From Candidatus Poribacteria bacterium (GTDB taxonomy: Bacteria; Poribacteria; WGA-4E; WGA-3G): a stretch of DNA of 64,000 bases. The notes beneath the pieces were generated by a model. The model made no database searches. It was not told where the DNA came from and saw only the letters and a program-made list of their open reading frames with translations. Position numbers and translations under genes: made by a program. Below, piece after piece: positions 28,369 through 38,843 of this stretch. The stretch covers positions 896,001 to 960,000 of the forward strand of contig OZ219753.1 of the NCBI GenBank assembly GCA_964291315.2, given 5' to 3'. The stretch's first letter is position 1. Each line of letters opens with the position of its first letter.

Positions 28369-29202
28369 CTACGAGTTGAATAGATAATCTAGTAGCTGTT
28401 TGCCCTCGCTGAAATCTCGGATGATAATATCTGCCCCGGCGCGGATGAGGCGCTCCCGTTTGTTGGCGTTCATGTTGTATCTATTGTCTTCTACAGATGC
28501 GACACCGATGGCAATTGCCTCGACTTCTTTCGCGTTTTCGATTTCCACGTATCCGTCTCCAACAATGAGGAGTTCGTTTCCGTTAAGCTTAAAATCTGTG
28601 ATGATTTTCCGGATGACCATTGCTTTAGAAAATTTTTTATATTCCCGCAGTGCGCCGAAAATTCCGCCGTCAAAGTATGCTGCAACTTCAAGGAGCGCCG
28701 CCTCATTTTTCACGAATTCGACATCGGTTCCGCTTGCAAGATAGCAGCTTATCTGCATTTCACGCAGGTTGTGTAGAAACTCGGCACACATGGGAACGCG
28801 CAAGGGCTCGGCAGACAAACTCCCGGCTGCGAGTCCGGCAATGCGTTTCTCAACGATAGGGAGCAGCCGGTGGTTATATTCGTCTTTATAAAGGAGGGGG
28901 TCCTTCGGTTTTCCGCCGCGCTTGGAAATTTCGGCGCTTAATTCGATCATCTGATAGATAGTCTGTTTGCCTGTCAATCTATCCACGAATTCAACGACCA
29001 GTGCTTCAAGTTGTTCTTGCGTCTCGGTTGTGCTTGTTTCAGTTTGGAGGCATTCAATCATCATCGGGACCATCACGTTTTGCCAGCCGTCTCGGATAAG
29101 GGAGATTGTGCCGTCAAAATCAAAAACAACGTGACGAATGTTCCCCGGTTGAATTTCACGGTGGATTTCAATTGCGGTATCATCCAAAAAAATATTTTGC
29201 AT
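28369..29202 (-). CDS. HAD family hydrolase
   Basis: FDFDGT, LASGT, K, VGDGYVE motifs. Confidence 0.85.
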   Translation of the reverse strand: MQNIFLDDTAIEIHREIQPGNIRHVVFDFDGTISLIRDGWQNVMVPMMIECLQTETSTTETQEQLEALVVEFVDRLTGKQTIYQMIELSAEISKRGGKPKDPLLYKDEYNHRLLPIVEKRIAGLAAGSLSAEPLRVPMCAEFLHNLREMQISCYLASGTDVEFVKNEAALLEVAAYFDGGIFGALREYKKFSKAMVIRKIITDFKLNGNELLIVGDGYVEIENAKEVEAIAIGVASVEDNRYNMNANKRERLIRAGADIIIRDFSEGKQLLDYLFNS

Positions 29203-29368
29203 AGGTATCCTGAAATCGGTTATCGGTTCTCAGGCTCCGGCGAGGGCAATTTCTGGCATCGCTGACTGCCGACAGCCGCTAGAAAGTCTTGATATTTCTT
29301 TTCTTTCTTGATAGTATAATAACATTTAGATCATTAAGCAACTATTTTGATTCCACAATACAGAACCG

Positions 29369-30244
29369 ATGAACGAAAAAGAGATAGTGAAAAAAATTCA
29401 ACGGATAGAGATATTTACCGATCGGCTCGTCAATACCGTTTTTGCTGGAGAATATGAGAGCGTGTTCAAAGGACAGGGGATCACCTTCGATGAGGTCCGT
29501 GAATATCAGGCAGGCGATGAGATCCGGACGATCGATTGGAATGTGACTGCACGCATGGGACAGGCTTACATCAAAAAGCATGTAGAAGAACGGGAACTTG
29601 CTCTGATGTTGGTTGTTGATATGAGTGCTTCCACCGGGTTCGGAAGTATTGCGAAGACGAAGTCAGAAATCGCGGCCGAAATTGCAGCGCTCCTCGCTTT
29701 TTCTGCTATTAAGAATAACGACAAGGTGGGATTGATCTGTTTTACTGACACCGTTGAGCACTTCGTCGCGCCACGGAAGGGGAGGAGACACGTCTTGCGC
29801 GTTGTTCGAGATATTCTCCGTTTTGAACCGGAGCAGCGTGGCACAAGGATCGAGGACGCGTTGGCATTTCTCGACCGCGTCCTCAAACCGCACAGCGTTG
29901 TGTTCCTCATCTCTGATTTTAAGGATACAGGCTACGAAAAGCAGTTGCGTTTAAGCAGTAAACGGCATTCCCTTATTGCTGTGATTCTACAAGACAGACG
30001 GGAGACGGAATTACCGAATGTTGGACTTATAGAATTAGCGGATGCTGAGAGTGGAGCGACAGTCGTTATTGATACTCGTTCCGGGGAAGCCCGGCAATTA
30101 TATAGAGAAATTAACCAGCGCCTTGATGCTGATCGGAGGCAAATGTTCCGATCAAATCAGATTGATTCTATTCATATCAGAACAGATGAGCCGTATGTAA
30201 AACCGCTTATCCGATTCTTCCGCCAGCGTTCTGCCCGGGGTTAA
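29369..30244 (+). CDS. DUF58 (vWA-like) protein
   Basis: KGQGITFDEVREYQAGDEIRTIDWNVTAR, VDMSAS, LISDF. Confidence 0.9.
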   Translation: MNEKEIVKKIQRIEIFTDRLVNTVFAGEYESVFKGQGITFDEVREYQAGDEIRTIDWNVTARMGQAYIKKHVEERELALMLVVDMSASTGFGSIAKTKSEIAAEIAALLAFSAIKNNDKVGLICFTDTVEHFVAPRKGRRHVLRVVRDILRFEPEQRGTRIEDALAFLDRVLKPHSVVFLISDFKDTGYEKQLRLSSKRHSLIAVILQDRRETELPNVGLIELADAESGATVVIDTRSGEARQLYREINQRLDADRRQMFRSNQIDSIHIRTDEPYVKPLIRFFRQRSARG

Positions 30245-30316
30245 ACGTCATACGTTCTGTTTCCCGCGCCTGTTTCTTTGTGTAAGAAAAATTTCACGGT
30301 CCCGTCCCGCTGCGGC

Positions 30317-31210
30317 CTAATCTTCTTCATGGTTGGATTCTGCTGTCAATGCCTGCCAAAATGAGAGCGATGGGCGGTTCATATTGTCGAACATCTGGTG
30401 ATTTCCTTTTTTACAGAACTCGTAAAGTGTTTCGGTCAATGGGATCTGAAATCCGCTTGCTTCTGCTGCTGCAAGGAAATAGGGCAGCTCTGGGTATTTA
30501 ACCACTAGTGCTGCTCCTTTTCCGTCAATGATTCGTTTCGCGATCCTATCGAACTGTCCACGCCATCCGGTCCCCATACTAATTGCTGCTCGGATAGCCT
30601 CCGGATCTACACCTGCGCGGATCCCGAATGCCATCGCTTCCATGAATGCTGCATCGCCAAGCCCCATAGCGAGTTGATTCACACCTTTAACAATCTGTCC
30701 TGAACCACTGGGGCCGCAGTAGACCACGTAGCTCGGTTCTCCGAGAACTTCCAAGATCGGGCGACATTTTTCGACGACTGCCGCGTCGCCTCCAACGAAA
30801 ATACGGAGCGTTCCTGTTTCAGCTCCGTGGGTGCCGCCACTGACCGGTGCGTCTATCAACGTAGCCTGTTTTTGGGTGAGTGCTGTTGCTATCTCGCGTG
30901 TCCTCTCTACTTCTGTTGTACCTAGATCGATAAAAACTTGTCCGTCGCGAGCAGCGGGGATGAGGAGTTCCTCGGCAACCCTGCAAAAAACCTGGGAAGA
31001 ACGCAAGCTGGTCATGACGACCTCGCTGTTTTTTACGACTTCGGTCGCGTCTTTGGCAGCAGTTGCTCCTATTGTGGCAAGGGTTTTGCATTTTACTGCA
31101 TCAATATCATATCCAATGAGCGGGTATCCGGCGCTGTGAAGATTCTCTGCCATCCTTCCGCCCATGTTTCCAAGTCCAATAAAACCAATTCTAGCAAATT
31201 GAGATTGCAT
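30317..31210 (-). CDS. NAD(P)-dependent oxidoreductase, 3-hydroxyisobutyrate dehydrogenase family
   Basis: IGFIGLGNMG, DAPVSGG, GSGQIVKGVNQ. Confidence 0.9.
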   Translation of the reverse strand: MQSQFARIGFIGLGNMGGRMAENLHSAGYPLIGYDIDAVKCKTLATIGATAAKDATEVVKNSEVVMTSLRSSQVFCRVAEELLIPAARDGQVFIDLGTTEVERTREIATALTQKQATLIDAPVSGGTHGAETGTLRIFVGGDAAVVEKCRPILEVLGEPSYVVYCGPSGSGQIVKGVNQLAMGLGDAAFMEAMAFGIRAGVDPEAIRAAISMGTGWRGQFDRIAKRIIDGKGAALVVKYPELPYFLAAAEASGFQIPLTETLYEFCKKGNHQMFDNMNRPSLSFWQALTAESNHEED

Positions 31211-31370
31211 TTTTTTATGGTCTCCTGGGTATTGTCCGACTGTGCTCCGCGAGGGTTTTCGGTTAGCGCCGATGTATCGGATTGTGGCTAGAAGCGCCCT
31301 CGAGAACTAGCAGCCGTTTGAAATAGCTATCCGTTAGATAAAACATGACTTGATGCCTATCTTATATTCG

Positions 31371-31399
31371 TTGACATCTATCTCTAATTGTGATAGGCT
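31371..31399 (+). promoter_or_regulatory. Putative sigma70 promoter
   Basis: TTGACA, 17 bp, TAGGCT preceded by TGA (extended -10). Confidence 0.55.
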
Positions 31400-31466
31400 A
31401 GTGTCAATTCGGTGTCGTCACGTCGAAACCGAAAAGAGAGTTAGATAAAGATTAGGAGGAAAGAGT

Positions 31467-31787
31467 ATGTATGTTATCATCGCCCCCCTTCAGATTAAAG
31501 AAGCACACAGAGAGGCGTTCCTCGATGCAATGCTTGACGATGCGAAAGGTTCTATTGAGAATGAGCCCGGTTGCCTGAGGTTCGATGTTATTCAAGATGG
31601 TGCAGATCCGAACCGAATCTGGCTGTATGAGGTGTATGTAGATAAAGCGGCCTTCGAAGAGCATCTGAAAACCCCACATTTCATCAAGTGGCGAGATACT
31701 GTCAAAGATTGGTTCGATGAGAGCGAACTTAAAGGCGCAGGCCGCGGCAGTTCCAACATTTACCCGCCGGACGACGACTGGAGGTAG
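31467..31787 (+). CDS. Antibiotic biosynthesis monooxygenase (ABM/LsrG-like) protein
   Basis: EPGCLRFDV, LYEVY.DKAAFEEHLKTPHF. Confidence 0.88.
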   Translation: MYVIIAPLQIKEAHREAFLDAMLDDAKGSIENEPGCLRFDVIQDGADPNRIWLYEVYVDKAAFEEHLKTPHFIKWRDTVKDWFDESELKGAGRGSSNIYPPDDDWR

Positions 31788-31944
31788 GTCAATATATCTT
31801 TCAAATAGACCGAAACGTTCGCCTATTCCTTAGGTTCCCGGTTTTCTTGTAGGGCAGAGAATGTTTCTTTGTAGAAGTGATTTCTAACCTCGTTATCTCC
31901 TTGGGGTTGAAGCCCCAGTCTCCATACGAAAGGCAGGCACAGGT

Positions 31945-32553
31945 ATGATGCAATTCACCGAGGCACTTGTTAAGACGTACGAAAAGTACGCTCACGAAAG
32001 GGCATCTCACTCCCCGGACGGATTCAGGGGACAAGAACGGTCTGAATTTCTAAGATTCTTAAGGAATGAGAGACGTGAAACCCTCCTTGAAATCGGTTGT
32101 GGGCATGGGCAAGACGCACAGCACTTTCAAAAGCAAGGGATCCGGGTTTTCGCGGTAGATAACACTCCAACGATGGTGAAACTCACCTCGGAAAGGGGGG
32201 TCCCTGTGCGGCTCTTAGATTGCTACGATCTCGACGAAATTAAGGAGACGTTTGATGCTGTCTATACCATGAACTGTCTCTTACACATACCGAAACGCGA
32301 TTTCGATCGCGTTTTGAGATTAATCTCAAACCGACTCAACGAAAACGGGTTAATGTATTTGGGTATGTGGGGTGACGAAAACTTCGAGGGCATCTGGGAA
32401 AAGGACAGATATGAACCGAAGCGTTTTTTCTCCTTTTGGCAAACAGCAGTGATGCTTCAAGTCCTACAGCCGCTATTTAGGTTGGAATACTACCGGCGAT
32501 TAGAGCCGCATCGAGGCAGAGTTTTCAATTCTTTTATTCTTCGTAAACCATGA
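31945..32553 (+). CDS. Class I SAM-dependent methyltransferase
   Basis: LLEIGCGHG, FDAVYTMNCLLHIP. Confidence 0.88.
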   Translation: MMQFTEALVKTYEKYAHERASHSPDGFRGQERSEFLRFLRNERRETLLEIGCGHGQDAQHFQKQGIRVFAVDNTPTMVKLTSERGVPVRLLDCYDLDEIKETFDAVYTMNCLLHIPKRDFDRVLRLISNRLNENGLMYLGMWGDENFEGIWEKDRYEPKRFFSFWQTAVMLQVLQPLFRLEYYRRLEPHRGRVFNSFILRKP

Positions 32554-32611
32554 ACTGTTTGATAGGGCACATGTGCTGCCGCGGAGAGCGCACTAATCCT
32601 CCTTCTGCCCT

Positions 32612-34231
32612 CTAGACATTTAAGCCTGCCGCGTGTCTTCCCGCAGCGGGATCCCCTGCAGCACAGTACGTCCCGTTTTCGCTATTGACATGGAGCATGA
32701 CAGGCTCGGCAATGGCAGTGGCTTGTGTTTTAAGTTGGTGCCCCCGTTTCACAAGTTCATGCCGAACAGTTTCACTCACATCGTCACTGATTGTCAGTGA
32801 CCCTGCCTGTTTAAAAGTCTCTACACGGTTAGGGTTAGGATCGAAGGAGTCTTGATGATGATCTGTGGCAAACCGGGGAGCTGTAACGGCATCTTCGGGT
32901 TGCATGCCAAACTCAATGAAATTCAACAGCAGGTTCAGCGTGGCTTGGTCTTGCAAGTCTCCGCCAGCCACACTAATCGCTAAAACTGGGGCTTCGTCCT
33001 TAAGTACCAATGTAGGAGTCAAGGTAATTCGCGGACGTTTTCCTGGTTGGATACAGTTCGGATGTCCGGGTGTCGTGTTCAGGCTTCGTAAACGGTTGCC
33101 ATAACTGACCCCGGTCGGTCCAAGCGTACCGCCCGCGTGATACACGTTAGCGCTCGGTGTAGCAGCAACGACATTTCCCCATCGGTCAGCGACCACGCAC
33201 GTTGTTGTTCCGCCGACTCCCGGTCTGAAAAGCCCTTCTGCTTTTAAAGGTTTCATTTTTTCTACATCGCCGGGTCGTGCTTCTTGTGACGCAGCGTTCA
33301 TATCAATTAGGGATCGGCGGATTTGGGTATACGCATCCGAAAGCAGTGCAGATAGCGGAACGTCCACAAATTCCGGGTCGCCGTAGTACATGTCCCGATC
33401 GGCCATCGCCAATTTGAGAGCCTCGGTGACGATATGCACGTACTCTGCTGAGAAATGCCCCATCGATTTGAGATCAAAGCCTTCCAGTAAGCGGAGCGCT
33501 TGACAGAGATAGGGCCCCTGGGTCCACGGACCGCACTTGTAGACTGTATATCCGCGATATTCTACGCTTACGGGGTCTTCAACGCGCGTAGCATGCGCAG
33601 CGAGGTCCCTTTTTCGAAGGAAGCCTCCGTTTTCAATGTAAAATGTCTCTAGGGTGTCGGCAATATCGGTATTAACGCCGTTCCGCCCGTAGAACCGATC
33701 GCTCGCTGCCTGCACTTTTTCCTCACGGTTTCCAGGTGTTCCTCGCTCCTCTTCGATCAACCGACGGAGGGTGATGCCTAATTCAGCGTGCCACTCTGCT
33801 TCCCCGTCATCTAGGAGGGTCAGTGTGGGGGCAACGATGTCCTCAAACGTTTTTGTGCCGTACAGCTTGAGCGTTGTTGTGCAGAGATCCACAACTGAGG
33901 GTACAGGTGCCATTTTGATGTCCCGATCCGGGATACCGTTTTCCATATACCAATTGATAGCTGTTTCGGACAGTGGGGCGCTTCCTTGTCCAGAGAGCGC
34001 TTTCACTTCCTGTTTCGCGGCGTTATAGATAAGGAGCGGCACTTCGCCGCCGATGGAGCATGCGCCGTGGTCGGTAACGTTGAGGGCGAGAATTGTGCCC
34101 GCTGCTGCATCTGCGGCGTTCCCACCTGCTTCCAGAATTTCGATCCCCGCTGCGACAGCCGGCGCTCCACCTGCCGCAACAACGCCTGTTTTGCTAACCG
34201 CTCTCCAACCAATTTCTTGTGCGTTTGCCAT
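32612..34231 (-). CDS. Gamma-glutamyltransferase family protein
   Basis: GGNAADAA, SIGGE, GTTTCVVADRWGN autoprocessing Thr, PGKRPRITLTP, GGDLQ. Confidence 0.9.
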   Translation of the reverse strand: MANAQEIGWRAVSKTGVVAAGGAPAVAAGIEILEAGGNAADAAAGTILALNVTDHGACSIGGEVPLLIYNAAKQEVKALSGQGSAPLSETAINWYMENGIPDRDIKMAPVPSVVDLCTTTLKLYGTKTFEDIVAPTLTLLDDGEAEWHAELGITLRRLIEEERGTPGNREEKVQAASDRFYGRNGVNTDIADTLETFYIENGGFLRKRDLAAHATRVEDPVSVEYRGYTVYKCGPWTQGPYLCQALRLLEGFDLKSMGHFSAEYVHIVTEALKLAMADRDMYYGDPEFVDVPLSALLSDAYTQIRRSLIDMNAASQEARPGDVEKMKPLKAEGLFRPGVGGTTTCVVADRWGNVVAATPSANVYHAGGTLGPTGVSYGNRLRSLNTTPGHPNCIQPGKRPRITLTPTLVLKDEAPVLAISVAGGDLQDQATLNLLLNFIEFGMQPEDAVTAPRFATDHHQDSFDPNPNRVETFKQAGSLTISDDVSETVRHELVKRGHQLKTQATAIAEPVMLHVNSENGTYCAAGDPAAGRHAAGLNV

Positions 34232-34419
34232 CAGCTGTCTTTCTCCTTTACTCTGATGAGTCTTGTATCAGAAATTGTTAGTCTGTGCAAAGGTTCTCTT
34301 TGTCCAAAGCCGCGCACTTTTGTAGCCTAACTCGTTAGGATGCGCAGATTTTCTGTGTATTCAAAAATGAACCCAATAATTATCAAACTTGCGTTAAGCT
34401 GTAACCAACGGTATCCTTT

Positions 34420-36816
34420 TCAGATCATATTATCATCGTTAGAGTCTGCGGCGTTGCTCGGTTGCGGCTTCGGCAGCGCAGACGACTGAGGTGCCGGCAG
34501 CTGGATGTCCATAGGTGCAGCAATGTAGTTCCCCTGGCGGTCCATCAATCTGATCCTCATTCTATCTGACCACATGTGCCTGGGTGCTTGAATGGAGATA
34601 ATAGCATTTTTCTCGCCGTTGAAGTAATCATGCCCTATAACTATGATGTCGGCAAGCCTGTAAATTTTGGCTTGATGTAATCCTAAATCCGCTGCGGCTG
34701 CGATTTCTAGCTTGATAGTATCAGCGCCAACTGCAGTGAGCTTAAGGGTGCTCTGGTCAACAGAAGGCAGAACAACATTTCTCTCGTTGTCATTGAAATG
34801 GTAGTGTTTATCTAACCATCGCGCCTCATACTCTTCTAGTGCGTACGGATCCATACCTTCAGGTTTATGAAACAGTCCAAAGGTATGCCCGAGCTCATGA
34901 AAGATCACCTCTGCAGTGAGTCCTCTACTATTGCCGGCTATGATAGCGGTGCCGCCACATCTGTACCCGGACAGGGACCATCCGACCCCCCAGAGGTTGC
35001 CGTCTACGAATTTCGCGCCGCCTACAATAATCAATCGCACGCGATCCTGTTTATTCCAGGGAGGAGTGTCTTCGTTGAATCTGTCGGGCAGTTCAGGTTT
35101 CAGTTTTCCATAGGTGTCCTCGGTTTGACTGTAGCTGCGCCACCCGTTACGGCCGTTGAATTTATGAATTATAATCTCGCCATCGGTATCCCGATCTAGT
35201 CTGAACGTTTTACGTCCGAATCCGTGTCGGTTCATCTCTTCTGCGCATAGCGCTTGTGCGGCTTCTATCGTTCGTTTGATTTTGTCTGTTGCTATTTCTT
35301 CGGCATCACTGGGCTTAAAATAGACGCAATCCACTATAAAATTGCCCGTATATCTATTTGTGCCAACGTTGTCATCATCGGCATCATCAGCATCATCGCC
35401 ACCGGAGCCGTCGTCATTGTTATCATCAGTCTCGTCCGAGGTTTCTGCTAAAACGGGTGTTGGCGTAACCGGCGCAACCGGTGCAGCCGGCACTGACTTC
35501 ACACATCGAAACCCGAGGTCACCGCCCGTGCTCATCGGGAAACTATAGTCACGATTCGAGACGCGAACAACCGAGGCTGAATAGAACCAAGAGCCGCCAC
35601 GCAACACGCGCTGCGAATCAACGGTTGTATAGGTGTCTATTATGGTGCTGTCGCCTGACAACGGGTTCTGCGCGGGGGAGGTGTCATAGAAGTTGTCGAG
35701 ATACGTATCGAGACACCACTCAAATACGTTTCCTGCCATATCGTAGAGCCCATAGCCGTTGGCGGCGTATGTGCCGCCTGGGGTTGTGTCCGCGATATTC
35801 CATCCGTAGTTCGCCTGGGTCGTGTCTATGGTATCGCCCCAGGGATATTGCTTGCCGGCTAAGCCGCCGCGTGCGGCGTATTCCCACTCTGCCTCGGTGG
35901 GGAGTCGTTTTCCTGCCCAGGCAGCATACGCCATCGCCCCGTACCAGCTCACCCGAACAACAGGATGATTTGCATATCCGGTCTTCGCACGATACGTTCC
36001 CGCTATAAGCTCAATGCGCACATCGCTGCTACCGAGAGACAGCCACGTATGACCCGCATCCGCATGTTTCCCTTTCGCATTGAGAAACGCCGCGTATTCT
36101 GCGTTCGTCACCTCATGCGTATCCATATGAAACGCCTCTACAGAGACAGGGTGAACGGGACTTTCATCGGTGTCGCCTGTGGTGCTGCCCATCTGGAAGG
36201 TGCCTGCGGGGATCAGCACCATGCCCGCAGGGCCCGTGTCTTGTTGAATCGCGGGCGTGCTGCTGCTATTGTCAGTGTTGTCGTTTTCATCGTCCTCGTT
36301 GACAAGCGACACCGGCTCGCCACTCAGAGACACCCATGCCGATGTAACTGTCACATCTGAACCGCTTGAGTACCGCAGGAAACCGTCCGAATGAACCAAC
36401 ACATCGCCCGAATGATCCGAATACAGGAGCTGATCCACCGTCACGGAAGTATCAAATGCCTCAGAAACAAGCCGAAACGACCGATCCGGATGCACCCAGA
36501 AATGAGATGTCGATGCACTGCTCTCCGGTTTTAGTGCTCCTGCCGAGTTTGCAATACGGAAATAGATACTGTTATCCGCCCATGAATAAAATGAACGGCT
36601 CTTACCTGGGCGAATACGGTAAGTTCCGCGCGTCCGGAACCCCCTCGGGAATCCTTTTTTTGGTTTCCCAGCCTTCCACGTTGAACGGACTACATACACG
36701 TTCTCATCTGTCTCATTTGTTATGACGCTTTTCTGCCATTCTTGTGCGTTTGCAAATGAGGCACCCAAAAACAGGAGCGCCGCAAAAGCAGACAAAATAA
36801 ATACTGTTGTTCGCAT
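34420..36816 (-). CDS. Secreted modular protein: unknown N-domain, FGE-sulfatase (SUMF1) domain, zincin metallopeptidase
   Basis: Signal peptide; GMVLIPAGTFQMG...RLPTEAEWEYAARGG...GLYDMAGNV...GFRC; HELGHTFGLFH; ORF open from 36855. Confidence 0.85.
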   Translation of the reverse strand: MRTTVFILSAFAALLFLGASFANAQEWQKSVITNETDENVYVVRSTWKAGKPKKGFPRGFRTRGTYRIRPGKSRSFYSWADNSIYFRIANSAGALKPESSASTSHFWVHPDRSFRLVSEAFDTSVTVDQLLYSDHSGDVLVHSDGFLRYSSGSDVTVTSAWVSLSGEPVSLVNEDDENDNTDNSSSTPAIQQDTGPAGMVLIPAGTFQMGSTTGDTDESPVHPVSVEAFHMDTHEVTNAEYAAFLNAKGKHADAGHTWLSLGSSDVRIELIAGTYRAKTGYANHPVVRVSWYGAMAYAAWAGKRLPTEAEWEYAARGGLAGKQYPWGDTIDTTQANYGWNIADTTPGGTYAANGYGLYDMAGNVFEWCLDTYLDNFYDTSPAQNPLSGDSTIIDTYTTVDSQRVLRGGSWFYSASVVRVSNRDYSFPMSTGGDLGFRCVKSVPAAPVAPVTPTPVLAETSDETDDNNDDGSGGDDADDADDDNVGTNRYTGNFIVDCVYFKPSDAEEIATDKIKRTIEAAQALCAEEMNRHGFGRKTFRLDRDTDGEIIIHKFNGRNGWRSYSQTEDTYGKLKPELPDRFNEDTPPWNKQDRVRLIIVGGAKFVDGNLWGVGWSLSGYRCGGTAIIAGNSRGLTAEVIFHELGHTFGLFHKPEGMDPYALEEYEARWLDKHYHFNDNERNVVLPSVDQSTLKLTAVGADTIKLEIAAAADLGLHQAKIYRLADIIVIGHDYFNGEKNAIISIQAPRHMWSDRMRIRLMDRQGNYIAAPMDIQLPAPQSSALPKPQPSNAADSNDDNMI

Positions 36817-37095
36817 ATTAAACCTTTTTTTTTTTATTAATTTCATTATTAACATTCTAACAGATTTTTTTTTCTATTGCAACCCGCAAAATGCTGTGGA
36901 TTCAGTCGCACAATTTTCCGCCACGGTAATTTAAGCTTGTGATCTTTCCCGAATTGTGATAGACTACATTCGAGAAGGAGTGAACCGTGGTAGCGTGAAG
37001 TACGAACAGCTCAAAAAGCATGACAGGTGCTAACGGGGGCGTATTTTGTTCCTCATGCACAAAGCTGACACAGATGTAACCTATAGATTACTGCA

Positions 37096-37668
37096 ATGAA
37101 AATTCCGAGCGTTGTTATCAGCGGCGATGTCTCACAAGCGGGAACCTATATCCTACGGATCCGCCTTAAAGAAGATACTGCATTAACATTCGGAGGGTTC
37201 AAGAAGGGGAGACCGATTTCACTCGGCGCCGGGGACTACACCTATGTAGGCTCTGCGCTTTCAGAAAAGGGGGCCACTTCACTTGCCCGTCGGCTCACTC
37301 GTCACGCAACGCGCAGCGCCGATAAACCACCACACCTTATCCGAGCGGAGATGATCAGATGTTTCATTGAATGCGGTTTAGAACCTCGCAACCCGCTGCC
37401 GAAGCACGACAAAACCTTACATTGGAACATCGACTTCCTGCTGGATCTACAGTGCGCGGAGATCATAAATGTGCTCGCTGTCCGTTCGCCTGAGCGTCTG
37501 GAAGTTAAAATTGGCAGACACCTCGAAAACGATCCATGCACGGAGATTATTGAAGCAGGATTGGGCGCGAACGATACGTCGCGGAGCACCCACCTGTTAC
37601 GAATCGACGCAGGTGAGACGTGGTGGGCATCGCTCATAGATAACATTACAGACTGTTTTGAGAGTTGA
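37096..37668 (+). CDS. DUF123 / GIY-YIG (Uri) superfamily endonuclease
   Basis: GTYIL...YTYVGSA...RL.RH...LHWNIDFLL...GLGAND. Confidence 0.75.
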   Translation: MKIPSVVISGDVSQAGTYILRIRLKEDTALTFGGFKKGRPISLGAGDYTYVGSALSEKGATSLARRLTRHATRSADKPPHLIRAEMIRCFIECGLEPRNPLPKHDKTLHWNIDFLLDLQCAEIINVLAVRSPERLEVKIGRHLENDPCTEIIEAGLGANDTSRSTHLLRIDAGETWWASLIDNITDCFES

Positions 37669-37730
37669 AACGTTTTACAAAGCTCGCCCCTGAATTTTTA
37701 CATATATAAGAGAATCACTTTGAGGTAAAT

Positions 37731-38843
37731 ATGCACGATCCACGACTTGACCAGCTCGCAAACGTACTGACGACCCATTCTACCAAAATCCAACCCGATG
37801 AAGTTGTGCTCATAGAGGGCATCGACATTCCACAGGAGATGGTCATTGCTCTTATTCGCGCCGTCCGGAAGGCTGGTGGAATCCCGCTTGTTGAGCTTAA
37901 GCAGAATCGCATTCAACGCGAAATTATCCTCGGTGGGAACGAGGCCGGCATAAAATTAAGCGGTGAATACGAAACATACCGTATGAAAAAGGTTCAGGCG
38001 TACATCGGCATCCGGGGCAGTCACAATATCACAGAGATGTCTGATGTACCGTCGGAGGCGATTCAACGTTATCAAAAGTGCTGGGTGAAGCCTCTCAATG
38101 CGATCCGGGTACCGCACACGAAATGGGTTGTTCTCCGGTGGCCCTACCCGTCGATGGCACAACAGGCAAAAATGAGCACAGAGGCGTTCGAGGACTACTA
38201 CTTCGATGTGTGTACGCTGGACTACAGTCGGATGGAACGTGCCATGCAGCCGCTCAGATCTCTCATGGAGGAAACGGACGATGTCCACATCACCGGGGTG
38301 GGCACTGATTTGCGCTTCAGCATCAAGGACATACCGGTTATCCCGTGCGCCGGCGAGAAGAACATTCCGGACGGCGAATGCTTTACTGCCCCCGTTCGAG
38401 AATCGGTCAACGGCAAAATCCGTTTCAATACCCCGACTATCTATCAGGGAACGACTTTTACGGATATTCAGCTCCACTTTGAGAACGGCAAGATCGTCGA
38501 GGCAACTGCGAACAACACGCAGAGACTCACAGATATTCTCGACACAGACGAAGGTGCGCGCTATATCGGTGAGTTTGCGATTGCGTTCAATCCGTATATC
38601 AGAGAACCGATGCTGGATATTCTGTTTGACGAAAAGATTGCAGGGTCCTTTCACTTTACGCCCGGTCAGGCGTATGAGGAAGCCGACAACGGTGTCAGCT
38701 CTGCTGTGCATTGGGACATGGTGATGATCCAAACGCCCGAGTATGGCGGTGGCGAAATGTACTTCGATGGAGACTTGATCCGCAAGGAGGGTCGCTTTAT
38801 TCACACCGATTTGCAGCCGTTAAATCCAGAGAACTTAAAATGA
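37731..38843 (+). CDS. Aminopeptidase, peptidase M29 (AmpS/T type)
   Basis: NIPDGECFTAP, DEGARYIGEF, ILFDEKI, HFTPGQAY, SAVHWDMV. Confidence 0.92.
   Translation: MHDPRLDQLANVLTTHSTKIQPDEVVLIEGIDIPQEMVIALIRAVRKAGGIPLVELKQNRIQREIILGGNEAGIKLSGEYETYRMKKVQAYIGIRGSHNITEMSDVPSEAIQRYQKCWVKPLNAIRVPHTKWVVLRWPYPSMAQQAKMSTEAFEDYYFDVCTLDYSRMERAMQPLRSLMEETDDVHITGVGTDLRFSIKDIPVIPCAGEKNIPDGECFTAPVRESVNGKIRFNTPTIYQGTTFTDIQLHFENGKIVEATANNTQRLTDILDTDEGARYIGEFAIAFNPYIREPMLDILFDEKIAGSFHFTPGQAYEEADNGVSSAVHWDMVMIQTPEYGGGEMYFDGDLIRKEGRFIHTDLQPLNPENLK

Noticed and set aside
29369-30244. DUF58 gene without adjacent MoxR/vWA genes
   Set aside because: Partners are often encoded elsewhere; not informative from this window alone.
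31800-31930. Possible degenerate REP/MITE between the ABM and methyltransferase genes
   Set aside because: Too degenerate, with no clear second copy in the window.
37956-38804. 282-aa antisense ORF (also 25935-26552, 8913-9575, 7264-7932, 55693-56337)
   Set aside because: Shadow frames of well-supported genes, with no recognisable motifs.
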